In this document: positions 1 to 12,625 of the stretch, in pieces
Numbering within the stretch: the first letter of the stretch is position 1
Layout: every line of letters starts with the position of its first letter
From: Leidyana gryllorum EB-2025a
Taxonomy: Eukaryota > Protista > Apicomplexa
Assembly: GCA_048772705.1 (NCBI GenBank)
Contig: JBLWGC010000109.1
Coordinates: forward strand, 1-64,000
Direction of reading: 5' to 3'
DNA length: 64,000 bases
Notes under the pieces: model-generated
Seen by the model: the letters and a program-made list of their open reading frames with translations, nothing else
The model's database searches: none
What the model was told of the DNA's origin: nothing
Made by a program: the position numbers and the translations under genes

Positions 1-226
1 TTTAAACACACATGTCATCCTCCGCCACCATTTCCCACCCAGCACCTCGAGACGATGGGCATCGCTTTTCAATCGGTACCACGGACACCACGGTACGGCC
101 GACGCCGCCCGCTTCCACGACAACAGCAACCAATGCCAGATTGAGCAGCAAGAAGGACCGCATTTAATTCCAACAACAAAAAGTTAACCAACAACTTTTG
201 TCTGTAATCTGACCACCTTTTTCACC

Positions 227-810
227 ATGCACAAGCTTGACACGATTGGTAATCTGTCCACCCGAGTGCCAGGAGCTTCGTTATCGTCCACGCCGTCGCC
301 TCTCGCCCCGTATGCTGCTGCTCAGCAACGACATCACACCTGGACGATAAGCACAGGTTCCTACCTGCCGATGTCCAACACCATGCAACCCGAGCCCGTA
401 GAGGCGTCTACGACGGCGGCTACCCGGTAAATCTAAGCATCGCAAGCATCATAAATCGTCTGGCCGTGTTAGACAGCTGGAGTCTATTCGTCTGATGCCG
501 GAGCCGACGACTGGTCAGCCCGTGTTTGCATCTGTGCAGAATCGGGAGGCACTTTTCAAGATTACGTCAATGCTAACCAGAGTGCTTATCATCAAAGTGC
601 CTATCAGCCGTATGGGGCGGTGGCATGCCGGAGGCTTCAGCTCCGGGCATGATGGGTAATGCCGCGGTTGCGCAGCCGGGGCTCAACTCTATGGTCTATT
701 CTGTGGGTGGTCCAGCCCATATAGTGGATGAGATCTCTGATGTGCACTATCCTTTGCCCGCACCGCAACCGGAAATGTGGCAAAATGTCGCCTTCTTCTA
801 TCGCTCGTGA
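227..810 (+). CDS. Hypothetical low-complexity protein, probably spliced
   Basis: ATG at 227 after an A/C-rich leader; probable intron GTAAAT..TTAG at 427-472; downstream frame is ambiguous and no family was recognised. Confidence 0.3.
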
Positions 811-1064
811 ATGATAGACCACACCAAGTCAATTAAACACCTCTAATCCGCCAACCACTCGCCGCAGCTTCGGCACGAGGATGATCAACCACGAGGGCCG
901 AGCCAAGTCAGCCTTTAACGTAGCGGTCGTGTGATTAGAGAGAGACAGAGAGAGTCGTCGTCGTCAATTGCTATGACCAAATGTCGGGGGGTCCGTATCT
1001 TTCTCCAGAGACTTATGGTACAACTCCAGTTCTGTGGCCTCAAACGAGTCGGTGTCATCGACTG

Positions 1065-4000
1065 TCACGGAGACCGCCGCGGATTCAGTCGGCTCTTCCG
1101 GTGGGTCATGTCGCCCGGCAAATAACGCATTGCTACACGCCTGTAAACTTCGTCAACACCCGAGAGGCTGATGCTGTCATCGTCATCGCTGTCAGCATTG
1201 TGATGGTCATCTGCCACGTCACTGGGTTCACTGCTCGGGAGCGCCTTCTCGAAATGTGCCAACTCTTTGGCCGCCTGTCCGATCAGTTGGACTGGTCGTT
1301 CGGTCATATGCATCAGAGTGTTGGATCGTCTCCGCCGTCTTTCAGGAACCAAACTCATTAGCCCAAAGTTCTCAGAATCACTGTGACCCATTGAGCTCTC
1401 CAAGATGCTGCTGGTCAATCCCGCGTCACTCGAGTTCGGCAAGTCGGACTCTCCGGTGCCGTGGTTAGACGTCATGTTGTCGACCACAGTCAGCTGTCTC
1501 AAAGTCTCATTGAACGACGCCCGTGCCTCAATAGGGATGTCATCTGCTACTCTGCCTATCAACCTGAACACAGCAACAAATCAATCACTCTCTCCTCTCC
1601 TATCCACAACTTACTCGACGGGTTGACCCGATGAGATCAGCGGCCGGGGGGGTGCCGAGTGGAGATGAGCGTCAAAGATTAGATCACGCCGTTCGTTCAA
1701 TCGACAGTGGGTTGCTCGGTGTCCGCGCCCCGCGGAGAAAGTGCCCCTGCAACGACAACTCATCATTCGTGCCCTGACTGTGAGTTCGCCTCCGAGTGGG
1801 TCGATCTGGAAGTACTGAGTTTCCAGCACTGGAGCGGTCGTTGACGACTCGAGCCCCAGCATATATTGATACGAGGAGTCAATCAATGGGGGATTCGCGG
1901 ATGTCGTTGCGGGTCGTTCAACGGTGTGTACCGGAGACTCTCGATGGGAAACTCGCATTCGCTGGGTGAAGTGCATAAAGTATATGATGCGCCTTATCAT
2001 CGAACGCTTGTACTTCCGACCCAAAACCTCTGCTAGATGAGCCAGACGTTGCCGCTGGGCCAGCGGCAGAGCTCCTTCATCGAACTTCCTGACATAGTCC
2101 GCGTGCGCTTGCAGCCAGCAATGGAAGTACCGTTGTAGCCGTCGAAGATGCACCTTCTCAAACCCTTCCTGCCACCTGTTACTATTGGCCACAGCCCTTA
2201 TCCAGGTATTAACAAGTCTGACTTTCCACTGCAAAAGCAGACGCCCGGACACTTGTTGCGCCTTCATCCAGCGGTATTGCCACACACGGAAAGCGAATCC
2301 CACGATTTCTGCAGACTTTAGTCTCCACATATGGTAATACTTCAAGGACCAACATTGCTTCCTGTCTCCACATCTGTATTGCGGTCTTCATCTGTCTCGG
2401 CATTAAACCCGTTGACAGCCACCCCAGCCTTGCTCGTCAGTTCGCGCTCATACACACAAAGTCGAGCATAATATTGCAAGGATGAGATCGCATTCTTGAT
2501 CTGCGATCGCTGAATGACCGGAGTGATGGTTATCGCGGCCATGTTGTACCAAACCTCCCGATGGTAGGCCACCTGCCAGGCCATGAAAGCGTTACGCATC
2601 CTAGTCACTTCTGTGTCGCATTGCACAAGCGTCTCCAAAGCGCGCAATCTGGACACACGTTCTGCAAACACCCGAATCGTCCCATTTTGCATTCTGCTGC
2701 CGCCCTCACTCGTTTCTGCTCGCCAAAATGCCAATTGCACTGCCATCTCCTTGCGAGCATGTCGTTGAGCAGTCAGCTTCATCTTGACTTGCAATCGTGC
2801 TACTCGCCATATACTGCAGCCCACATGAAGAGCGACAGCGAACGTGACGATCACTTACGTCCCCCAGGTGTTTCGCAGCACCACGATGCGCTTCCTACCT
2901 GCGAGCGCACGCTCGCGTAGGCTCACCCTGGCCGCTTTCCGCCACCAAAGTAGCGAACCTACCATTCTTTCCGGGTAGAGCGTGATCAAACTCCGTGTCA
3001 GGTTATTCTGAAGGGCCTGAAGTACAGACGGTGAATAGCGTTTCTGCCACTTCCGGATCTGCTCGTCCCCGGACATAGTGTTTGACAAGAAGCGTAAGAA
3101 GGCTAGTCGCCTCAGCACGTCAGGCTTTGAGAGAATCCATGCCAGTTTGTTCAATCGATCTTTGATCCGGATCTTCCGCAGGGCGGTTTTGAAGGCTTCG
3201 AGACCGGATTGAAGGCCCTGCCAGCGCAAGCTCTTGGTATGCAGGGCGGCCAATCGAGTGAGCCATGCTTTGACACGGGCTATGCTATACCAGTGCTCCC
3301 ACAACTTGCCGAGTGCCCTCTGACGATGTACCTTGGCTACCAGGGCTCCGGCAGCATTGATGGCCTCTGCACGAATACTCAGGCGTCGCCAGATCTTCCA
3401 GTATCGGGTGACGGTCATCAAGGTGATAGCCTTGGTCTTACGCCTTATGGCGTTCTTGGTACTAACTAATAGCCTCCAGGCACGGAGAGTTGATGCGATC
3501 GAGTCCATGGCCAGTGTATGTCGCAGTTCGCGTAGGCAAATGATCGATCGCCGTTTCTGAATGAGAGTGTGAGGATGTTTGCAGAGAGTTCTTCGACTTA
3601 CATCGCGCCAGCGGAGGAGGTATTTCATTTTTAGGATGTCGACGAGTATCTTGTACCTAACCGTGAGACGCCATTGTTGGTGCCAGCTCTTCAGGATGGA
3701 CCGCGCTTTGATTTGGGTTACAGCAACGGTGCGGTCGGGCAGCACTGCGACTTGACGTGTGCGGAGCTCCCAGGCTCGGAAGTATTTCCGCTGAACGGAC
3801 AGTGGTTTCACACGTTTGCCGGTTGCCCGGAGTTTGCGAGTACGTCGCAGCCATCGTCTGAAGGTCCGCCACATCAACTTTTTGGTACGTTTGGTTTCGA
3901 TGGCTTGGGCTCGCCATTTTCTGGCAACAGAGTCTCTCCAGAGAGCAAAGACGCGTCGAGCGGTGGAGTTGAACTTGAGTTGTTTGAAGGCGGGCCCGAG

Positions 4001-7000
4001 CATAACGCGAGCCAACAAGATGGCCCCGAATCTGAGGCTCATCCGGAGAACACATCTTTCGAAGATCTGTTCCTTGAGAGCTCTCCAAAGGTGTGATGAG
4101 ACTATCGTATGGAGCCGTTTGAGTCCTCGTTTCACTTTGAGGGAAGCGTTCCAGACCTTCAAAGTCCGTATGGCGACTAAGCCTCGTACTTCCGCAGCCT
4201 TCCCTCGCAGCCAAACCCTCCGAGAGGTCACCTGACGCCAATTGGCAATGGCTCGTTGTCTTCGACGGCGAGTCATCTCCACGCCCGCTTTGCGGCGACG
4301 GCTGAGAGTCTGGTTGTAGGCGGCAGCCCACGCGAAGAAGGCGGTCGACTGGACGCGGCGGAATCTGTGGGCTCGAATCTGCATCATTAAGGGATGCGAT
4401 TCGCAATTGCTTCCCACCACGAACTTCCACCAGTGGAAGAATCGACGTTGCTGTCTCTGACGCAGAAGGACCGCTTTTTCATGGAGCACTGGAACCATCC
4501 GGCGCGTCAGACCCCGCCATCGTTGCAGGTGGACTTTGACTTTGCCCAACTCGGAGAGCAGTATTGCTATGAAGAGCAAAGCGTCCTGTGTTTTGTTACG
4601 GAACACTCTTTCCAGATACGGGGCCAGCGGGTACGACAGTGTTGGGGGGTATTGGAGACAGGCCTCTTCCAAACTTGCGATAGCGTTTTCATACAGATCA
4701 CTGCTCCGACAGTACGTCTCCTGATACACACTGTAAAAGGAGATCATTCCACGTAAACAGACATCATTCCGCAGCACAACGGGCTCAGTGGTTTGTGCGA
4801 TAGTCGCGGAGACGTCTGTGGACGACGATGGCATAGAGACTGGCTCGCTGGTACTCGTCACGAAGGGGAACTCCGAGCATATGGTACCCCAAGAATTCCC
4901 CTCGCTGGTGATGGTAAAGACACCTTCCGATACCGAGGATGGTGGGAACCTCTTAGGAGGCTTGCGATCCAACACCACTTTCAGCAATCTGAGCATTCCG
5001 TCACGTTGTTGCAGCAGTCTGAGATATGAGTCTTGCCATCTGCGAAAGTGTCGCAAGGCGATCGACCGCAGAGACGTTTTGCCCAACTCAGCCTCCTTGT
5101 CGCGCAGATTAAACTTATATAACAGCAGCTGACTCCACCGACGTAACAAATCGCCTTTTCGGCGCCGCACCACAAGGGTTCGAAGCTCATCCTCCCTACT
5201 TTCCGCTTTGTGCACACGTGTGTGTGCCCGCTTCCATCGGCGGAAATACTTTTTCTGCAGAGCCTTGGTGAAGGCCGCATACGCCTCATCCGCAAGTCTC
5301 TGGAGGGCACAGTCGACACGATGAGGTCGATTAAGGGGGTTGGGGGTGGCTCACTTCGCGCTCTTTCCAGACCTTGGCTTTCTGTCTCCAAGTTTTGAAC
5401 ACCATTCTCCGATCGACCTGGATTTTGATGGCCAGCAGTTTGCGTACGCGAGATTGGGATTGCACTCTGTGGGCAAAGGCGAAACCCCATTGTTCGAAGG
5501 CCGCTCGCAAGAAGCGTATTCTCCGCTTCTCCTCCAAGATGGCCCGTTTAGTCTTGAGGGCTCTGTTCCAGGCGGCCCAGGTCCTCCAAACAATGAGAAT
5601 CCGTTTGCTGTATCGCGTCTGACGATCGTATATCAGACGATCTCGCGTCTCTCGATATCTGTTCGCGGAATGTGTGTGGCGTCCGTTCTGTTCGGGAGTG
5701 ACTCACTCGTCGACGACGGCCACGCACTCGCGCCATAGCACGAGGCATCGTCGGGCGATCATTTCCAAGCGATAGTCTCTCAGCTGATTTCCGAGTTCTC
5801 GGAGACGGGCTTCCTGCAGAGTAACGCATTGCCAGTCACGAATGTGAGTCCGGTAGTGGGCCACAGTCACTCGGAACAGAATGTCTCTGCACAGTCGGCC
5901 GACGTTGACTGCCTGGATCCAGGCACTGTGCAACACAGAGATGGATATACGAGGGTCCTCGGATCTCAAGCTCACTCACACAAAGAGTTCTGCTCTCACA
6001 CGAGACAGGAAACGCGCTCGCAGGGCGCTCTCCTTGTGTTTGAACTTGCGGACTCGGTGAGTTTCTGTGTGCCATTCATGGAACAGACGGCCAATTCGCG
6101 CTGTGTTGGCGTGGATGAGACGGGTCCAGATGGCTTGCTGAGGTTTGCCGTGTTGCCACAGATCTGCGTCGCACGATATTTTGGTCAGCCACCTCTGAGA
6201 GGGGCTCTCACTTACCGTCCTTGACGACTGTACGGAGGTGGTGCGGTCGCGTACTCCGCACGAGAGCGAGGAGACAGCCCCGAGCCGCCAACCGACGGCA
6301 CCGCTCGAGAGAGAGCCGCCAGGTGTGCAGAAAGTCTTTGATCAGTTTCTTCCGGTGGAGGGCTGCGACTCTCCGGTAGCGCTGAGCGGGACGAGAGAGA
6401 GGTGAAGTACAGAATGGGAGGGGGTCTCTGTCTGCCTCACTTGGCGAGTGTCCACGGTGACGGCTTTGAGTCGTCTCAGCGCCTCTTTCATCTGAAGACG
6501 GGTGACGACGGCATTGAAGCGGGCGACGCCCCATGTGTAGGTAGTGGCGCAACGCCATCGACTAAAGTAGAGGCGGAGATGTCGGCGAACAATGAGTTGT
6601 TCCTGAGATACGGGTGGTGATCTTAAGTTACTGATTTCTGCTCTATCTCACACAGAGGCAAAGGCGAAGGGCATTTTGCCACATTCTCAACAGGGGAGCG
6701 AGACGATTCTTTGTGAGCGTAGCAGCTTTGGCTCGCAATGTGCACTCTTGCAATGCCCAGGAGTGCCAATGAACGATTACTTTCTGTGTCCACTGTTGGT
6801 CTCCGACATAGCTTAGACACGATTTGAAAGACTTGAGGGACCACTGGTTGAAATAGCGTCGGAGTAGGTTGAGCTGAATAGCTCTCTCTATGACGCAGCC
6901 GAGAAAGACACGTAGCCATGTCTGGAATGAGTTATCGAGTACGACTCTCGAATGCTGTTGTTGTATAACACTGCGATATACTCTCGGATTAAATAGTTTA

Positions 7001-7242
7001 GTCTCGCAGGATGCTCACTGCTGACGATCACGTAAATAGTGTGAGGTGTGCTTCCATTGGACCAGACACTTGCGACACTTCCGAATGTAGATATCAGCCA
7101 CCAAGTCACGATACGCACGGATTTTAGCTTTCTGCAGTACCAATTGGTGCCATTGCAGTAACAATCGGCGCAAACAACATCGCTGAGCCAATGGCAAACG
7201 ATGCCCGGTTAATTCACGCACTCTTAACTCTAAGGCTTCCAT
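1065..7242 (-). CDS. Very large multi-exon Sfi1-like (centrin-binding repeat) basic helical protein
   Basis: Chain of minus-strand ORFs (7015-7242, 6208-6558, 5703-5975, 5331-5537, 2855-5215, 2342-2854, 1611-2345, 1065-1571) separated by short introns. Many K/R-rich repeats end in F/L-x-x-W (RHFRRW, RRFFHWW, TAFFAW, RVFALW, RTFRRW, KYFRAW, NAFMAW, RYFHCW), matching the Sfi1 repeat pattern. Confidence 0.7.
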
Positions 7243-7248
7243 TTTTCA

Positions 7249-8700
7249 TCACAATTCTCCAACTGCCTGACACAGTGCACATGTCTGTCGGTGCCTATCC
7301 TCGTCGCAAACTGAACAACAATTCCGCGATGGCGATCTGCTGACTACTTTCTCTCGTCTGGAAGACTCTTTTTGCGGCAATGGAGATGCCATCGGAGTGG
7401 GGCGATGCGATAACGAACAGCTCGGAGTCGTCGGACGAGGCGTACGCGGCACTGGAGGCTCCTCCACGCAACAACGGCAAACGGGTTCCTCAAAATCCGA
7501 AAGTGGCCGAGTGCAACAACAGTTTATTGGTTTGTTCAAACATGGCAAGGCTGCCACCGGCCGCGAGTACAATAGGAAACCAATGGTGACGATAACCAAC
7601 CCTGGGAGGATATGTATATCTGCGAATATCAAGTCACCGCCAGCGTCTTACCTGCGAGATTCCACCAGTCGAACGTGTGCCAACCCACGATCAACTCGAT
7701 TATCCACAACAAAGGCGCCCTCATACTGAATATAACTCCCTTCAAGATGGATCCACTCAACTTAGTGATGCAAATGCCACTCGCGTTGAACAAGAAACAG
7801 ACGACAAGATAGATAAAGTTGGCCGCAAATATCCGTCGACTCGCTCGGGTCTGATACATTGTCGCACTGATGTCTTCCTGCCCGCCGACATGCACCAGAC
7901 TCAATGCCACAGCCGTTATCACCACACCCGACACTCCTTCAATCCCAATAGCCATGAAGGGATCGGATCTGTAACGTCGGAAAAGAGCTTCCTCAAGTAC
8001 CAGCAGCAAGGATTGGAGGGCCGTGCCCAGCATTGCCATCACCACACCCAACCAAGCCAGACCGGGATCAAAGTTCGTGTCGCGATCGGGATTCACCAAA
8101 CAGGCAACTCCAGCCAACACCATTCCCACCGTCATGATGCTCAGACCTGCCCACTCGTATCCGTGCAAAGGTTTCCGCACAACACACACGGCGATCCCTG
8201 CTGTGCAGAAGACCATAAATGATCTCATGATCTGCACTGTCGACGCATATGTGATCGTAAATGCCACGTTGCAGAGCGTGGCTCCCAGAGCATCCAGCAA
8301 GGCAGGAACTATCCACCATAAAATACGACCCTTGTCCTTCTTGCCAGGGGGAAGACAAACACAGTTCTGACTCTTCTGCAGCAATCCAAAGATCCCATGG
8401 CCACCCTTATGATGCTTCTGGACATATCTATCCGCCCAGAAGGTAAACAAGCACGCACTTTCTATACAGCAAGTGGGGATTCGAGAAGGATCTCAAGAGG
8501 TCAGGCCTACCTGCGATGAACATCACCATTGTCTGCCAGAAGGGAGCAACGAAGTGAGATGGGTCACAGTACGGATCAAATAGATTCGCACATCGTCTCT
8601 GCACCACCTTCGCCTGCCATTTCTGGACGAACACACATGCCACACCAGATATCAGACACACTACAGCGCTGCCAGCAGCAGCTCGCGCCCTCGGTGACAT
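7249..8700 (-). CDS. SLC35F6-like / DMT (EamA) superfamily transporter, 3 exons
   Basis: Motifs PFWQTMVMF, PALLDALGATL, YASTVQIMRS, LEEALF..IGIEG; about 10 hydrophobic helices; stop codon ends only a few nt before the next gene's ATG (7242). Confidence 0.8.
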
Positions 8701-8808
8701 AGGAAGGTGACTTTCGGTTTTCCAATGTTCGCTCGCTCTACCTATTACAGACCGGTCATGATGACCAAGACTTATATGTGTTTCTGTTTATGAGATAATG
8801 GTTCAATT

Positions 8809-9102
8809 TCACTGCTCAGCCTTTGGCTCTTCTTCTTTTTCGGCAGGTTCAGTCTCCTCTTTCAATTCTTGTGGGTCAACTGAGATGGTTCCCATCTGGT
8901 ACTTGTGAAGCTGCGGGACACCCTTTGATTTCGATGGGATAAGACCCTCAATAAGGTCGCTGCTGATCTCGATGGTGGCAGTGGGAGTAGAGATCCGGAG
9001 CCCAAGATAAGGAACCTCTTGACCACCTAGATCTACATGACGGATTAGTCTGTCTGCTGCTCTAGCCTGAGCTTCGGCTTCTTGATGACTTCGTGGATCC
9101 AT
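8809..9102 (-). CDS. Hypothetical 97-aa protein
   Basis: Intact ATG-to-stop ORF with acidic tail, divergent from the gene starting at 9137. Confidence 0.45.
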   Translation of the reverse strand: MDPRSHQEAEAQARAADRLIRHVDLGGQEVPYLGLRISTPTATIEISSDLIEGLIPSKSKGVPQLHKYQMGTISVDPQELKEETEPAEKEEEPKAEQ

Positions 9103-9136
9103 TGCTGCAAAAAAACCTCACACCTAGTGGGGCCAC

Positions 9137-10668
9137 ATGCAGCAGCCACACGACTTTGGTCTCCTTTCTGTACTATTTGACTCAGTCCTACCCACTCAAG
9201 ATGACTTATTACAAGAGTCTATTCCCTCCCTCATCTCCCAATCTGTCCTGTCCGACGGTGCAACGCCCCCCGAGGTCACTAACCTAGTAGAGCGCTTAGC
9301 CGCGACCTCCTTCACCATCCTCGATCTCGATACAGGAACTTCATTGACCAATCTCAAAGGTGGTCAACCACCCCATAAGAAGGCTCGCCCCCTCTTCCCC
9401 ACACACTTCGGTGCTTCCACACGTAAAGATGCCGAAGCAGACGATCTGGCCGTCAGACCTCCGGTCAGTCGACTCGGTGTGCTCGTCATATGGACAGAAG
9501 ACTTTCTCCTCCATACTCGAAAACTCAAGCAACACATCGCTCAGCACGATACCACCGAGGGGTACACAATCCCAGCCCTCGCTACACGCCTCTGTGATCT
9601 ATACTGCTACGATCGGCGTGATCTGTGGCAAACAACCATCACCTTCGGTGACATAGCCCAACCCTCCGACCTCGAGCAGTGCTGCGAGCTGCATCGTTCC
9701 TTGAGCTTCATTAAACCTACTTCCTCGACACCAGCCTCTGTCAAGCGGCGCAAGCTATACACCACAACTACCACCTTCACATATGACTCGCACAACCAAA
9801 AGCTCGCCCATCTGCAAATCCTGAGTGGAACGACTAATGAGAGCCTTTTCTGTGTCCCTAAGGGCATCCAATGTAATCTGTGTTACTCCAATGAGCAAAA
9901 AGCAGAGGCTATGTCCACCGTCTTCCTGAATGCATACAAACAACAGGTCCTGTCACAAGTGAGTGTACCTCCACTTTTCTCCAATCTTTGATGTCACAGC
10001 AACTGAATGTTACTCTGCTTTACAATCTGGTCAATCTTCAACGCACAACAAATTCTCTCGTCAAAGATGTCGAGCAATTGGGCGCAACAACTCGCGAAAG
10101 AAATGCGCAAACACTCTCCGCCTTTCTGAAGCTCCTAAACGCGAAGAAACGCAAACTGAGGAATTCGGGCAGGCTGACAAGACGCGACTCCGATCCGGAT
10201 GTCAAAGAAGGCTCCCCACGACGCAAACGGAGCCAGCATTCAGATCTGCTGGAGCACATAGACCAACTGGTCGAAGCACCAGCCCCACACAGCGACGATG
10301 ATTTGGAAGTGTCTCTTTCTCACACTGATAGCACTGCCACAGCCAAGACAAGAGCTAAAGCTAAAGCTAAAGTCAAAGCCAAAGCTAAAGCGAAAGCGGC
10401 ACCCAAACCGAAGGCCAAGCCCAAACCAAAAGCGAAAGCTAAAGCCAAAGCGAAAGCCAGTGCGGAGGCTGTTCCTGACACCAGCCACATTGACTCCGGT
10501 AATGACGAGAAGATATTCGCCTCGGACGATGAGAATGAGGCGCTTGAGCCAACGTTGGTTGCCACTGACTTGCCAGTGCGTGGCCGGACGAGACGTGCTA
10601 GTCGTGAAGCGGGGGTACCAATAGCTGCTACCGTGCGAGAGGACGACCCCTTTGATTGGGGCGAATGA
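9137..10668 (+). CDS. XRCC4-like protein with histone-H1-like KA-rich tail, 2 exons
   Basis: Intron GTGAGT..CACAG at 9959-9999 joins the two ORFs in frame; coiled coil ends in SAFLKLLNAKKRKLR (XRCC4: RFILVLNEKKTKIR); head motif YDRRDLWQTTITFGDI. Confidence 0.55.
10351..10460 (+). repeat. Coding (AAAGCN)n repeat giving KAKAKAK/PKPKAK
   Basis: Seen directly in the DNA and in the translation. Confidence 0.85.
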
Positions 10669-10712
10669 AGGGATATTAATCGTTCTTGTTCTGGTTCAGC
10701 CGGATTGTGTCG

Positions 10713-12581
10713 CTATACTGAATGGATATCCACCCGATCAATTTGACCAGCCGCTGCGCGAAAGAATACCAAGAGGAGAACGCACCTATGACTCACCGGT
10801 ACATCGTCAATATCCGTCACGCGGGCTAGCTGGTTCTGAGACTTCGAATTCGTGCCTCCGAGGCAGAGCTGAGACATTAGCTGACAATGCTGAGTCCAGT
10901 GCCGGAGATAATCAGGGGCTGGTAATGTAGCTCTCAGGTATTTGAGGAACGCCGATCCGCGCTCGGCTTGTTTCGCCTGCCGGATTCGCTCCCACTGACT
11001 GCCCACCGCTGTGACCAAACCTGCTTCTGCACGCACTTTCAAGTCGTTGTTCGCTGCCTCCAATAACTGCTGTAATTTGGCGCGAGTCCCCTTGGTGAGA
11101 TTGTCGCACTGCAATTTGATCTTCTCAATTTCGTCGATTCTCTCAGTAAGCTGTCGTCTTCTGTGGGTTACGACCGCCTTGGTGTCTCTGATAAATGGAC
11201 TCTGCTCGCCTCCAACGCCTCGATCTGCTTCCGCCCGTTCTTCAAGATCACGCAGAGCGGCTTCGTATGCGTCAGCTAAACTAGCGAGAGCAGTGCGCGA
11301 GGTCCCTGATACAATGAAATGCGTCACACCACACAACCATCTGACTCACCCTCGTCGTGACAATGAGCGCTTTCACAAAGTTGACAAACCGGCTTCTCGC
11401 ACAAGACACAGTATTTACCCACAATCTCCACTGGATGAATTTCGCATCGACCCGTCTTATCCTCAGCTCGGTGCTGATCGGATGGCATTCACATGGGGAG
11501 TAATCACAAGCTGGGATCTCACCTCGTTCAAGCGGATGCGAAGATGACGTTCGAGAATGTGGTTACCGGTGTGAAGTATCTCGTCACATTGACCGCAAAG
11601 ACTGCACCGAAGGCGAATGAGGTCGACACACATTGACTCACCTGGCTTTATCCGCTGTACAGTACAGTATGGCTGGCCTGTCTCTGCACTCGTCGCACAA
11701 TGGGATTGCGAACAGCTCGGGCGCAGTTGGTGCGGTGTTGATTGTACACAAGAATCTGGGGTATATCTGGTTCGAGTCGAAAATCTTGAATCCCACATGA
11801 AACTGAGCTTTTGGCAAGACACCAGCATTCCTGGCTGATCTGGTTTGTAATGGCGTCGGTCGCAAATCGTTCATTGATCCTAAGTTCAAAGCTCGATCAG
11901 GATCCTCGTACCGATAAGTTTCGTTGTTGGCCGCCCGAATGGTGACAGAGCTGGAACCCATTCCCGAAACTTGTGGATTTAAGGTGGGATCCGCCGAATT
12001 AGCGACCAAAGCGTCCACGACTTTGAGGAAGAGTGAGTCGTAGTCTTTCTCTAAACTGTAGATTTTCATGCAGTTGGCCTCAATCCAATTATCCACTGGC
12101 CAGCTCACTCCAATGCACACATCGCAGAGCAAATACTGATGAGTCGCAACAACAGCGACCTGAGACAGGTCGTCGTCCACCCGGCTTTGGACTGCAGCAG
12201 CAGATCCATCGCTCAAATTGATGATTGGAATATCGTTGAAACTCAGTGACCCATAATACACCATCAGACCCTCAGGAGACACCTGAAATCCTTTGGGGCA
12301 GAGTTAATTAATGTGAAGCAGCTGTATAGCGTACCTCTTCGGCAAACTTCTTCGACAGTGTTGTCGGCACCTAAGGTCCGAATGTCAATCCAAACTGGGA
12401 TGACCATCTTGTCGGCCGATCGTTGTTCGAACTGTGACAAAAGCTGGGGCAGTGTTATTCGTCGTAGTGCCTCCAATTTGACACGTGCTGAGCGAGCACA
12501 TAGCGATAGATAGCAAGCAACAACACTCCATTCTTCGCATCCTGGTTCGAGTTGACTAACTGGATTGCGGGCGAACTCCAT
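10713..12581 (-). CDS. B-box zinc-finger protein with N-terminal ART/PARP-like region and C-terminal coiled coil, multi-exon
   Basis: CDECRDRPAILYCTADKA spliced to CxxCDEILHTGNHILERH (B-box); a second Cys-containing exon near 11350-11420; coiled coil at 10930-11290; ATG at 12581. Confidence 0.7.
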
Positions 12582-12625
12582 TGGTTCGGGCACACACGTG
12601 TGCTCGCGAAATTTGTTGGTTAAGA

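Noticed and set aside
2561-6620. Many plus-strand ORFs over the Sfi1-like gene and similar antisense ORFs elsewhere
   Set aside because: Shadow ORFs expected in GC-rich coding DNA; no recognisable motifs
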